A stretch of 36,638 nucleotides of DNA from contig CAITDX010000019.1 of assembly GCA_903891335.1 (NCBI GenBank), forward strand, positions 1-36,638, read 5' to 3'. This DNA is from an uncultured bacterium. Lineage in GTDB: Bacteria > Patescibacteriota > Microgenomatia > UBA1400 > PJMF01. The position numbers and the translations under genes are program-made. The notes beneath the pieces were generated by a model. It saw only the letters and a list, made by a program, of their open reading frames with translations, did not search any database and had not been told where the DNA came from. Below are positions 16,381 to 26,179 of the stretch, one piece after another. Within the stretch, counting starts at the first letter, position 1; each line of letters starts with the position of its first letter.

Positions 16381-17865
16381 CTATCCCTCTTTTCGATACG
16401 CCACGATCACGTCGCCCACTTGAAAATCCAATTTCTTGTTTTTGAAAGTCAAACCACCTTCATTTTTGGTACCAATGCGCTCAATGTCTTCCTTGCCATG
16501 CTTCATCGACTTGAGGACAGGATTGGCGATAATTTCTTCACCACGCTTGAGGTGTAGTAAATCACTTTTCTTGATTTCACCAGTGCGCACACGCACACCT
16601 GCAATCACCTCACCCTTCATCTCAAACATTTGCAAAATCTCTGCCTCACCAGTCACCACCTCATCAAAAGTTGCATCCATCAACTTAAGCATGCTCTTCT
16701 GTAAATCTTCAATCAAATGATAAATAATATTGTATTCTTTAATCTTGACTCCTAAATTCTTAGCGGTTTTTTTGACTGTGCCATTAACCTTGATGTTAAA
16801 AGCGATCAGCAGCACCTTGCCATCGCGAGCCAACTCCAAGTCTTGCTCAGTAATCTGCCCCACACCACAAGCAATCACATCAACACTATCGCGATCAAGA
16901 CTTTGTAAAATCGCTTCAAGCGTACCTTTGACATCAGCCTTAATGATCAACTTAATCTTCTCTCGTTCACCCAACATCACGTCAAGATCGACATTCTCCC
17001 AGTTGATCTCATCACCCATGCGAAATGATTTCTCGAGTTCACCAGTCTTGGCGAATTCATCAGTCAAATCAGCATCATAGCTTCTCGAGCTATCGCGAAT
17101 CACACTCCCTACTTCTGGCACCTCTTCCAGACCAATAATTTCAGCTGGCTCACCAGGCAAAACCTGTTGCAACGACTGACCGCGCTCATTCTCTAGCAGG
17201 CGCACGCGCCCAGTAATCTCATCGACCACCAAATCTTGACGCACCGCCAAAGTGCCTGAACGGACAATCACCCGAGCCACCGAACCCTTGTTTTTTTCTT
17301 TACTTGACTCGATAACCACTGCCTCAAGCGGCGCTGCCGGATCAGCCTTCAGTTCCAAAAGATCAGCCATCACCACAATCGTCTCGAGGAGTTTATCCAC
17401 TCCCTGACCAGTGCGAGCTGACAATTCGATCGCCTCGATATCACCACCATATTCTTGAACCAACACCCCTGCTTCTGCCAACTGCGATTTCACCACTTCT
17501 AAGTGTAAATCGGGCAAATCAATTTTATTGATCGCCACGATAAAGGGCACTTGGCTTTCTTTGATGAAACGAATCGACTCGATAGTTTGAGGCTTGACGC
17601 CATCATTGGCAGCCACCACCAGCACCACTAAATCAGTAATCTGAGTACCACGCTGACGCATCTTGTTGAAAGCGGCGTGACCAGGAGTATCGATAAAGGT
17701 AATTTTCTGAGCAGCAAACTCGACCTGGTAGGCACCGATATGCTGGGTGATGCCGCCAGCTTCACGAGCAGCGACATTGCTATGACGAATGTAATCCAAG
17801 AGCGAGGTCTTGCCGTGATCGACATGACCCATAATCGTAATGATTGGCGCTCTTTTCTCTAACAT
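16381..17865 (-). CDS. infB: Translation initiation factor IF-2, minimal form
   Basis: 494 aa. The P-loop GHVDHGKT begins at residue 13, and DTPGH and NKID are present, followed by domains II to C2. AAGGA SD upstream. Only 40 nt separate it from the nusA stop, so no N-terminal region can be encoded. Confidence 0.9.
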   Translation of the reverse strand: MLEKRAPIITIMGHVDHGKTSLLDYIRHSNVAAREAGGITQHIGAYQVEFAAQKITFIDTPGHAAFNKMRQRGTQITDLVVLVVAANDGVKPQTIESIRFIKESQVPFIVAINKIDLPDLHLEVVKSQLAEAGVLVQEYGGDIEAIELSARTGQGVDKLLETIVVMADLLELKADPAAPLEAVVIESSKEKNKGSVARVIVRSGTLAVRQDLVVDEITGRVRLLENERGQSLQQVLPGEPAEIIGLEEVPEVGSVIRDSSRSYDADLTDEFAKTGELEKSFRMGDEINWENVDLDVMLGEREKIKLIIKADVKGTLEAILQSLDRDSVDVIACGVGQITEQDLELARDGKVLLIAFNIKVNGTVKKTAKNLGVKIKEYNIIYHLIEDLQKSMLKLMDATFDEVVTGEAEILQMFEMKGEVIAGVRVRTGEIKKSDLLHLKRGEEIIANPVLKSMKHGKEDIERIGTKNEGGLTFKNKKLDFQVGDVIVAYRKEG

Positions 17866-17905
17866 ACCGTCTTCCTTTTCTTGACTGTCGTAACTTTACA
17901 ATCGA

Positions 17906-19159
17906 TTACACTTGATCGCGACTTTGCTCTTCTTTCAAATAGGCATCAACGCGAGCAAGCAAGATTTCCTGATCAGCTGGAGTGATTTCATTCATCTTAA
18001 CCCATTTATCGCGGAAACGCACTAAATCGTTGAGCGTAGTCAATTTGTGCTGCACCAACACCTCACGGGTATCAGCAGCCAAACCAAAAGTGTCGATTTC
18101 GTATTCTTCTTTACCGGTTACGGCTGATTGGATCTGACCAGTGGCTGATTTAACCGTGATTTGATAGCCAGTTAATTTAGCAGCCAAACGGACGTTTTGA
18201 CCACCACGACCAATGACGAGCGACAGTTGGTCATCAGGAGCAGTCACCGTCACTTGGCGATTTTTCTGATCAACTTCGATCTGCAAGCCTTCAGCAGGAG
18301 CCAACGCACCTTGCAAGAGCAAGCGATCGTCTGCTGAGAAAGGAATGATGTCAACTTTTTCGTTGTTAAGTTCTTCAATCACTTTTTGGACACGCACGCC
18401 GCGCTGACCCACACAAGAACCAACTGGATCGACACCATCTTGAGTGGATTTAACGGTCAATTTAGTGCGCACGCCAGCTTCACGAGCAATGGCGACAATT
18501 TGCACTGCACCTGAAGCAACTTCTGGCACTTCTCGCTCAAATAATTTACTGACTAAGTCAGCACTGGAACGGGAAACAATAATCTGCTCACCGCGGACAG
18601 TTTCACTAATTTCTTTGATCAAAACGGCCAAGCGCTGATTGAGGCGATAAAATTCACCACGCATCTGCTCCTCGGGAGGCATAATCGCCTGACCACGACC
18701 GATATCCATAATCACACTGCGACCCTGCATGCGCAGGACTTGACCAGTGACAACTTCACCCATGCGATCACGATAGGCAGCAATGATGGTGTCACGCTCA
18801 CTACGACGAATGCGCTGGAGAATTACCTGCTTGGCGGTTTGGGCGGCAATCCGACCAAAACCAGCTGGAGTAACATCTTCAGCTTTTTTCTCATCCCACT
18901 CTAGAATCTCAAGGGTTTCCTCATCTTTTTTGATGGCTGGAGCACGCAAAATGCGAGCACTACCATTATTTTTGTCAAGATCAACGTAGTAATGGAAATT
19001 CTCATCAAGATCACCCATTTGCTTGCGATACGCTGATACTAAAGCCTGACGAATAGCTTCATAAATATCTTCTGGATCAATTTTGCGCTCGGTCGCAATC
19101 TGAGTGATCGCGGCAGCAAATTCAGTGCGGACGAGGTTGGCATTTTGAAGAGTAGCCAT
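17906..19159 (-). CDS. nusA: Transcription termination/antitermination factor NusA
   Basis: 417 aa with an N-terminal domain, S1 (GEVVTGQVLRMQGRSVIMDIG) and two KH regions (GVDPVGSCVGQRGVRVQ.., LVIGRGGQNVRLAAKLTG), plus a short C-terminal extension. Confidence 0.9.
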   Translation of the reverse strand: MATLQNANLVRTEFAAAITQIATERKIDPEDIYEAIRQALVSAYRKQMGDLDENFHYYVDLDKNNGSARILRAPAIKKDEETLEILEWDEKKAEDVTPAGFGRIAAQTAKQVILQRIRRSERDTIIAAYRDRMGEVVTGQVLRMQGRSVIMDIGRGQAIMPPEEQMRGEFYRLNQRLAVLIKEISETVRGEQIIVSRSSADLVSKLFEREVPEVASGAVQIVAIAREAGVRTKLTVKSTQDGVDPVGSCVGQRGVRVQKVIEELNNEKVDIIPFSADDRLLLQGALAPAEGLQIEVDQKNRQVTVTAPDDQLSLVIGRGGQNVRLAAKLTGYQITVKSATGQIQSAVTGKEEYEIDTFGLAADTREVLVQHKLTTLNDLVRFRDKWVKMNEITPADQEILLARVDAYLKEEQSRDQV

Positions 19160-19207
19160 AGGTTTCCTTTGTTGTTTTACAATTTGTATAAAAATACCTG
19201 TTATTAA

Positions 19208-19241
19208 GAAAAAAAGGACCTGGTGTCAACCAACAGTCCTT
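19208..19241 (-). terminator. Rho-independent terminator between the TA module and nusA
   Basis: The minus strand reads AAGGACTGttggttgacacCAGGTCCTTTTTTTCTT, a stem with one bulge followed by a 7-T run. Confidence 0.65.
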
Positions 19242-19323
19242 CCTCACTCAACAACGTATAGTGCTATTATAGCAGAAAAGATCAGAAAAACCAATTCGAG
19301 TGTGCTAGTCATTTCAGCAAGAA

Positions 19324-19581
19324 CTAATAGACTTGACCATGAGTCCCAATTGCTAAAAGATAGATATTTTCATCAACAAAACGAACCAAGATACGAATAC
19401 TCATGTTCACGGAGATTGAATAATCCTGGCGATTTGATAATTTATGTAAACGCAGTGAGGGATGATCTGGAGCAACAAGCAGTAGTTTTAATGTTTTGGT
19501 AATTTGTTTCTTTAAGCGGGGGTTCTTGGCAGCTATTTTCACCATGCTTTTATGAAAGGTTGAAGAAATAACCAAATTCAT
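19324..19581 (-). CDS. RelE/ParE-superfamily type II toxin
   Basis: 85 aa. HPSLRLHKLSNRQDYSISVNMSIRILVRFVDENIYLLAIGTHGQVY has the typical C-terminal pattern of this superfamily. The start overlaps the antitoxin stop (TAATG). Confidence 0.75.
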   Translation of the reverse strand: MNLVISSTFHKSMVKIAAKNPRLKKQITKTLKLLLVAPDHPSLRLHKLSNRQDYSISVNMSIRILVRFVDENIYLLAIGTHGQVY

Positions 19582-19829
19582 TAAGATAAGCCTTCAAAAA
19601 CTTGATCCACGTATTGGGCTACTGCCTGAGCATCTTTTAAGGTTTTTGCTTGACCGCTGCGATGTTCACTAATTGCTTGGTTTGCCAAAGAATTTAACTG
19701 GATTTCAGTTAAAGTTTGGCGTAAAGCAGTGCGCACCAGATCACTAAAGGATGCAAAATAGCCAGCCTGGATTAATTGATCAGCTTGTAACTTCAACTGA
19801 CTCGGCAATGATACATTTATTGTATGCAT
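19581..19829 (-). CDS. ParD-like ribbon-helix-helix antitoxin
   Basis: 82 aa. The N-terminus INVSLPSQLKLQADQLIQAGYFASFSDLVRTALRQ matches the ParD/CopG RHH pattern (VSLP...G.Y.S.SE.VR.ALR). Confidence 0.75.
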   Translation of the reverse strand: MHTINVSLPSQLKLQADQLIQAGYFASFSDLVRTALRQTLTEIQLNSLANQAISEHRSGQAKTLKDAQAVAQYVDQVFEGLS

Positions 19830-19838
19830 AATGTATGA

Positions 19839-19867
19839 ATTATGGCATAAATGAGCATTATTTACAA
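19839..19867 (-). promoter_or_regulatory. Putative TA promoter with palindromic operator candidates
   Basis: Minus strand: TTGTAA (19862-19867, overlapping the dnaJ stop), 17 nt, CATAAT (19839-19844), 9 nt, ATG. The palindrome TATGCATA (19823-19830) covers the start codon and the near-copy TATGCCATA (19841-19849) covers the -10. Confidence 0.55.
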
Positions 19868-20758
19868 GTCTAGCTTCGCCAATTGCTCAAGTGCTTTCTT
19901 CTGTTCACGCGTCAGTTTCTCTGGCACCTGCACGATCAGGCGAACATACAAATCACCTTTGCCGCGACTCTGTAAATGTTGGATGCCTTCGCCGCGGAGG
20001 CGAATCAGCGAGTGCGAAGCGGTGCCGGGTCGCACCTTCAGCTTAAACTTGCCTGAGAGTGTCTCTACTTCGATCTGACCACCAAGAGCGGCAGTGCTCA
20101 AAGAGATTGACTCATCCACAAAAACATCATAGCCATCGCGCTTGAAGCGAGGGTGGCTACCCACATCAATGGAGATATCAAAATCACTGAAACGAATTCG
20201 CGTGCCATCGTTGGCTCCGGGGGGGACTTTGATCTTTTGGCGCTTGCCATCGATCTCAACTTCTTTGGTCACTCCATTGACTGCATCCATGAAATCGATG
20301 CGGAGGGTGTAGTGGGGGCGGCGGCGCCTGGCGCCGCCGCCAAACCCACCACCAAAAAATTGTTCAAAAATATCAAAAGGATCGCCAAAATCAAACTGCG
20401 CGCCATCGGCGCCACTAGCTCCGCCAGCACCACCTGAAGATGAGTAAGACCAAGTAAATGGCCCGCCAGCTGCTCCAGAAAAACCACCAAAGCCACCAAA
20501 AGGACCAGCTCCACCACCCATACCTGATGAAGGATCAAAAGCCGCATGACCGAACTGGTCATAGGTTTGCTTTTTCTTAATATCGGACAGGACCTGATAA
20601 GCTTCGTTAATTTCTTTGAACTTGTCTTCTGCCCCCGCTTCTTTGTTGCGATCAGGGTGAAATTTTAGCGCCAACTTGCGATATGCCGACTTAATCTCTG
20701 CCGCACTGGCAGTTTTACTCAGACCCAAAACTTCGTAGTAATCGCGTTTCGCTGACAT
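19862..20758 (-). CDS. dnaJ: J-domain co-chaperone, class B (CbpA-like; no zinc-finger domain)
   Basis: 298 aa with a J domain (DYYEVLGL...HPDRN), a long G/F region and C-terminal substrate-binding domains. It contains no cysteine at all, so the CxxCxGxG repeats are absent. Confidence 0.85.
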   Translation of the reverse strand: MSAKRDYYEVLGLSKTASAAEIKSAYRKLALKFHPDRNKEAGAEDKFKEINEAYQVLSDIKKKQTYDQFGHAAFDPSSGMGGGAGPFGGFGGFSGAAGGPFTWSYSSSGGAGGASGADGAQFDFGDPFDIFEQFFGGGFGGGARRRRPHYTLRIDFMDAVNGVTKEVEIDGKRQKIKVPPGANDGTRIRFSDFDISIDVGSHPRFKRDGYDVFVDESISLSTAALGGQIEVETLSGKFKLKVRPGTASHSLIRLRGEGIQHLQSRGKGDLYVRLIVQVPEKLTREQKKALEQLAKLDL

Positions 20759-20797
20759 AGCAATAGTTTCTTCAGTAATTTCTTTTCATCAACACAA

Positions 20798-20838
20798 GCG
20801 CCAGCGCCCAGATCAAATCAAAACCCGAGCACTGGCGC
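20798..20838 (-). promoter_or_regulatory. Intercistronic stem-loop after dnaK
   Basis: A roughly 14-bp stem forms only on the minus-strand RNA, because three pairs are G-U there but C-A mismatches on the plus strand. It has no U-run and contains the 10-mer gcgccagcgc. Confidence 0.5.
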
Positions 20839-20849
20839 CTCAACTTCTA

Positions 20850-22790
20850 TTATTCCTTTACCACTTCACCTTCTTCTGCGTCCTTGGCATCTTTGGTATC
20901 ACCAGCTTTGGCGGTATCGTCGGTAGCTTTAGCCTCACCAGCGGTTTCACTGCCAGCGGCACCAGCTCCAGCTTTCGCAGCCTGAGCTTTTTGCATGGCT
21001 TCACCAATTTTTTGCGCTGAAGTCATCGTTGCTTCAATTGCTTTCTCTAAGTCCTCTTTTGCCACATCTTCTTTGGCAGCTAATTCTTTGAGCTTAGCAA
21101 TATCTTCCTCGATCTTAGTTTTATCAGCTGCTTCCAGATGTTCGCCATATTCTTTGACTTGCTTGTCCATCTCAAAAGCGACACTATTGGCACGATTCTT
21201 GGCTTCAATGAGGTCTTTTTTGGCCTTATCTGCCTCAGCATATTTCTCTGCCTCTGCCTTCATCCGCTCAACTTCTTCATCAGAGAGATTGGTGGAGTTG
21301 GCAATGGTAATTTTTTGCTCCTTACCAGAGGTTTTATCCTTAGCGGTGACGTGCAAAATACCATTACTGTCGATATCAAAAGTCACCTCGACTTGGGGCA
21401 CACCACGCATCGCCGCAGGAATACCATCGAGGATGAAACGACCTAAACTCTTGTTATCAGCTGCCATTTCACGCTCACCCTGCAGCACGTTGATTTCCAC
21501 CTGCGTCTGATTATCAGCAGCAGTCGAGAACACCTGTGACTTGCTAGTTGGAATGGTGGTGTTGCGCTCGATCAGAGGCGTGCGAATTCCACCCAAGGTC
21601 TCAATGCCCAAAGTCAATGGCGTGACGTCGAGTAAAACTACGTCGTTAACGTCACCAGCAATGACGCCTGCCTGGACAGCGGCACCTACTGCCACCACCT
21701 CATCAGGATTAACACCTTTGTGTGGCTCTTTGCCAAAAAACTCCTTAACCACTTCTTGGACCTTAGGCATGCGCGTCATGCCACCCACCAACACCACTTC
21801 ACTGATGTCTTTAGCACTCAGCTTTGCATCAGCTAGAGCTTTTTTGACTGGTTCGATGGAGCGCTTGATCAAATCATCAACCAGCTCTTCCAACTTCGCA
21901 CGGGTCAAAGTTAAAGTGAGGTGCAAAGGCTGACCATCATCGCCCTGAGTAATAAAGGGCTGGTTAATCTCAGTACTGGATGAAGCAGACAGCTCAATTT
22001 TAGCCTTCTCAGCCGCATCTTTGATGCGTTGCATGGCTTGTGGATCTTTGGTGAGATCTTTACCCTGGTCTTTTTTGAACTCAGCCACTACCCAATCGAT
22101 GATAGCGCTATCAAAGTCATCACCACCGAGGAAGGTGTCACCATTAGTCGATTTAACTTCGAAGACCCCATCACCGATTTCCAAGATCGAAATATCAAAA
22201 GTACCACCACCGAGATCGTAGACAGCGATTGTTTTAACACCTTTTTTATCCAAACCATAAGCGAGAGCAGCAGCGGTTGGCTCGTTGACGATGCGCTCGA
22301 CCTTGAGTCCAGCAATTTCACCAGCTTGTTTGGTGGCTTGGCGCTGAGCATCATTGAAATAAGCAGGCACGGTAATCACTGCTTGAGTGACTTTTTCACC
22401 CAAGAAACTCTCAGCATCGGCCTTAGCCTTAGCGAGAATTTTGGCGGAAATTTCTTGAGGAGTATATTTTTTGCCATCAATGTCCACCACTGCCATACCA
22501 TCTTTGCCTTCAGCAACGACATAGGACACGTGCTTGATAGCCTGCTTCACCGCAGCATCATTGAGCTTGCGACCCATAAAGCGCTTAACTGAATTGACGG
22601 TCTTCTTGGCATTAAGCACCATCTGGCGCTTGGCTGGATCGCCGACGATCACATCATCATTTTTGAAAGCCACAATTGAAGGGAAGGTATTGCGTCCCTC
22701 GCTCGTAGGGATAATTGTCGGACTACCACCTTGCATGACTGCAATAGCAGAGTTAGTTGTTCCAAGATCGATACCAATAATTTTTGACAT
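20850..22790 (-). CDS. dnaK: Chaperone DnaK (Hsp70)
   Basis: 646 aa with [18 protein letters not shown] and [18 protein letters not shown] upstream. Confidence 0.97.
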   Translation of the reverse strand: MSKIIGIDLGTTNSAIAVMQGGSPTIIPTSEGRNTFPSIVAFKNDDVIVGDPAKRQMVLNAKKTVNSVKRFMGRKLNDAAVKQAIKHVSYVVAEGKDGMAVVDIDGKKYTPQEISAKILAKAKADAESFLGEKVTQAVITVPAYFNDAQRQATKQAGEIAGLKVERIVNEPTAAALAYGLDKKGVKTIAVYDLGGGTFDISILEIGDGVFEVKSTNGDTFLGGDDFDSAIIDWVVAEFKKDQGKDLTKDPQAMQRIKDAAEKAKIELSASSSTEINQPFITQGDDGQPLHLTLTLTRAKLEELVDDLIKRSIEPVKKALADAKLSAKDISEVVLVGGMTRMPKVQEVVKEFFGKEPHKGVNPDEVVAVGAAVQAGVIAGDVNDVVLLDVTPLTLGIETLGGIRTPLIERNTTIPTSKSQVFSTAADNQTQVEINVLQGEREMAADNKSLGRFILDGIPAAMRGVPQVEVTFDIDSNGILHVTAKDKTSGKEQKITIANSTNLSDEEVERMKAEAEKYAEADKAKKDLIEAKNRANSVAFEMDKQVKEYGEHLEAADKTKIEEDIAKLKELAAKEDVAKEDLEKAIEATMTSAQKIGEAMQKAQAAKAGAGAAGSETAGEAKATDDTAKAGDTKDAKDAEEGEVVKE

Positions 22791-22843
22791 ATGCGTTCCT
22801 TTTTTCCTTTATTAAATTTCGTTTGTATTGTTTTGCTTCAATC

Positions 22844-22861
22844 ACTTGCGCCAGCGCAAGT
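22844..22861 (-). promoter_or_regulatory. Intercistronic hairpin after grpE
   Basis: Perfect 8-bp inverted repeat acttgcgc-ca-gcgcaagt. It contains the same 10-mer gcgccagcgc as the dnaK-dnaJ spacer and has no U-run. Confidence 0.45.
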
Positions 22862-22892
22862 TTGTGAGCATTTTTTAAACAGTGGTCCTATT

Positions 22893-22919
22893 TTAGCAGA
22901 CAAGATCATCGACTGCTAG
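22893..22919. promoter_or_regulatory. CIRCE-like inverted repeat upstream of dnaK
   Basis: TTAGCAGAC-N9-GACTGCTAG matches the CIRCE consensus TTAGCACTC-N9-GAGTGCTAA at 14/18 positions. It lies about 100 nt upstream of the dnaK ATG and is abutted by a TTGACT hexamer (22920-22925, minus strand). Confidence 0.55.
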
Positions 22920-22944
22920 AGTCAATTTAGATTGATAAATCAAA

Positions 22945-23445
22945 CTAATCTAGAATAACCTGAGCGTGTTGAAGCACCTCACCACTCAGTAAATAACCTT
23001 TGCGCACCACTTCAATGACTCGCTCACCTTTGGCTCTTTTTTCGACCACTTCCATGGTCGCCACGTCAAAGGTTTTGCCCAACACTTCCATCTCGGTAAG
23101 ACCAAAACGCGCCAGTTCTTTCCAAAACTGCGCTAACACCATATCCAAACCCTTGTCATGCAAACTTAAAGCCGCTAGAGACAAATGCTCAAGTGGCTGC
23201 AGCAGAGCCTCACACAAATCTTTATTGGCAAACTTGACGAGAGTCGCTCGCTCTTCTTGGGTGCGTCGCACTAAATTCTGATAATCAGCCAAACTGCGCT
23301 TCTCTCTCTCCAGAGCAATCCGAAGTTGCTCACGTAACGACACCACTTCTTGCTCTAAAGCACTCAACTGAACATCATCTTGCTGTTGAGTAGTTGAGGC
23401 ATTTTCTGCCTGACTAGGACCAGAAGTTTTAGACTGCTGTTTCAT
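22945..23445 (-). CDS. grpE: Nucleotide exchange factor GrpE
   Basis: 166 aa with a coiled-coil N-terminal part and a GrpE-like C-terminal half (..YQNLVRRTQEE.., ..FDVATMEVV.., ..GYLLSGEVLQHAQV..). Operon context is hrcA-grpE-dnaK. Confidence 0.9.
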   Translation of the reverse strand: MKQQSKTSGPSQAENASTTQQQDDVQLSALEQEVVSLREQLRIALEREKRSLADYQNLVRRTQEERATLVKFANKDLCEALLQPLEHLSLAALSLHDKGLDMVLAQFWKELARFGLTEMEVLGKTFDVATMEVVEKRAKGERVIEVVRKGYLLSGEVLQHAQVILD

Positions 23446-23481
23446 AGATAGTACATTCCTTCTCTTTCGACTTTGTAAAAT

Positions 23482-24198
23482 TTACTCCACCACACTCTCA
23501 ATCAAGCCCTTGAAATATTTCATCACTGGCAACACGTAAGAATAATCAAAACGAGTTGAGCCAAGGACACCAAAACGACAATTGGAGTTAGGAATTTCCA
23601 CATACATGATGCTGATTTGCTCAAGATCACGATTGCCCAGGTCTTGACCAAAGACGACTTTAACGGCATTTTCACTGTGATTGCTCTCGAAAATCTGATC
23701 CATAACTTGTTCTTCTTCAATCATGTGCAAAACTTGTCTGGTCAAATTAATGTCATAAAACTCTGGCATTTGCAGCAAATTGGCATACCCTGAGTGATAG
23801 AGTCGTCCATCGGCGGTCATAGCAATGCCCAAAGCATGAGATTTTTCTGCCAGTACTCTTGAAGTTTCGTAGAGCAAATCTTCCATTTGATTGCGGTAGC
23901 GCCAAATTTTTTCTTTGACACTGACTTCATCGGCAACTGACAATTCTTTTTCTTTGACTAATTCATTGATGTAGAGGCGCATTGCTAGCGCAGTTGGCAC
24001 CCGGCCAGCACTAATGTGTGATTTGATGAGATACCCTTGTTTGGTTAGATAAACCATTTCATTGCGAATGGTCGCAGGCGAGACACCAATGTTGAATTTC
24101 TTATCGATTTTCTCTGAACCAACCGGCATGCCAGTCTCAATGAATTCTTCAATGATGGCACGTAAAATTTGAATCTGGCGGGCAACGAGGTCGATCAT
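23482..24198 (-). CDS. hrcA: Heat-inducible transcription repressor HrcA, short form
   Basis: 238 aa. The N-terminal winged HTH LRAIIEEFIETGMPVGSEKI...SPATIRNEMVYLTKQGYL is a typical HrcA pattern. By recollection it is about 100 aa shorter than Bacillus-type HrcA. Confidence 0.85.
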   Translation of the reverse strand: MIDLVARQIQILRAIIEEFIETGMPVGSEKIDKKFNIGVSPATIRNEMVYLTKQGYLIKSHISAGRVPTALAMRLYINELVKEKELSVADEVSVKEKIWRYRNQMEDLLYETSRVLAEKSHALGIAMTADGRLYHSGYANLLQMPEFYDINLTRQVLHMIEEEQVMDQIFESNHSENAVKVVFGQDLGNRDLEQISIMYVEIPNSNCRFGVLGSTRFDYSYVLPVMKYFKGLIESVVE

Positions 24199-24201
24199 AT
24201 A

Positions 24202-24228
24202 TTAGCAATCGTAGCAAGAGTTTGCTAA
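24202..24228. promoter_or_regulatory. CIRCE operator at hrcA
   Basis: TTAGCAATC-N9-GTTTGCTAA matches the consensus at 15/18 positions and its own arms match 8/9. It ends 3 nt from the hrcA ATG. Confidence 0.75.
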
Positions 24229-24236
24229 AGTGTCAA
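24208..24236 (-). promoter_or_regulatory. Sigma70-type promoter of the hrcA operon, overlapping CIRCE
   Basis: Minus strand: TTGACA (24231-24236), 17 nt, TACGAT (24208-24213), 9 nt, ATG. No SD is present. Confidence 0.65.
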
Positions 24237-24296
24237 GAGAATTGTGTAAATGTAAAGCAGAATCCTGTATGAAGCAGCGCTTGAGGCAGCACCTAA

Positions 24297-24710
24297 TTAG
24301 TTCTTCTTCTTATTCGCTAGCTGCACTTCCCAGAAGAGTTGCTTGAGTGAAGCTTCAATCATCAGTAGTTCTTGCTTGTCCTTGGACATGCGATATGCTT
24401 CTTTGGCTCGAGCTAGTGCGGCACGAATCTTAGCGTTGCTGAGTTCACGGGCACTAAATGCTGAATCAACGACCACTAAAACTTGATTGTCTGGTTTCTT
24501 ATTAACGAAACCCTGTGTCAACAGCATGCTGTGCTCTTGACCGGCTACTACATAAGAAAGCTCACCAAATTCGAGTTTACTAATCAGTGGCTGATGATCT
24601 TTGAGAATTGTAATCACTCCATTGTTGGTAGGCAACGTCACTGACTCCACCTCCTGATCAAACAGTTTTTCTTCCTGCGACACAATGGTTAAGTGTAATT
24701 TAGTGCTCAT
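24297..24710 (-). CDS. atpC: F1 ATP synthase epsilon subunit
   Basis: 137 aa with a beta-sandwich N-terminal part and helical C-terminus. Last gene after atpD. Confidence 0.85.
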   Translation of the reverse strand: MSTKLHLTIVSQEEKLFDQEVESVTLPTNNGVITILKDHQPLISKLEFGELSYVVAGQEHSMLLTQGFVNKKPDNQVLVVVDSAFSARELSNAKIRAALARAKEAYRMSKDKQELLMIEASLKQLFWEVQLANKKKN

Positions 24711-24738
24711 GACAACAAGTATCTATCTATTTAATCTA

Positions 24739-26145
<1,407 letters not shown>

Positions 26146-26179
26146 TTAGTGTTCCTTATTGTGTTTCGTAGTTTTGTGA

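Noticed and set aside
20995-22592. Long plus-strand ORFs (171, 130 and 187 aa) opposite dnaK
   Set aside because: These are typical antisense open frames within a highly conserved gene. They have low-complexity Ser/Leu-rich translations and no SD or promoter.
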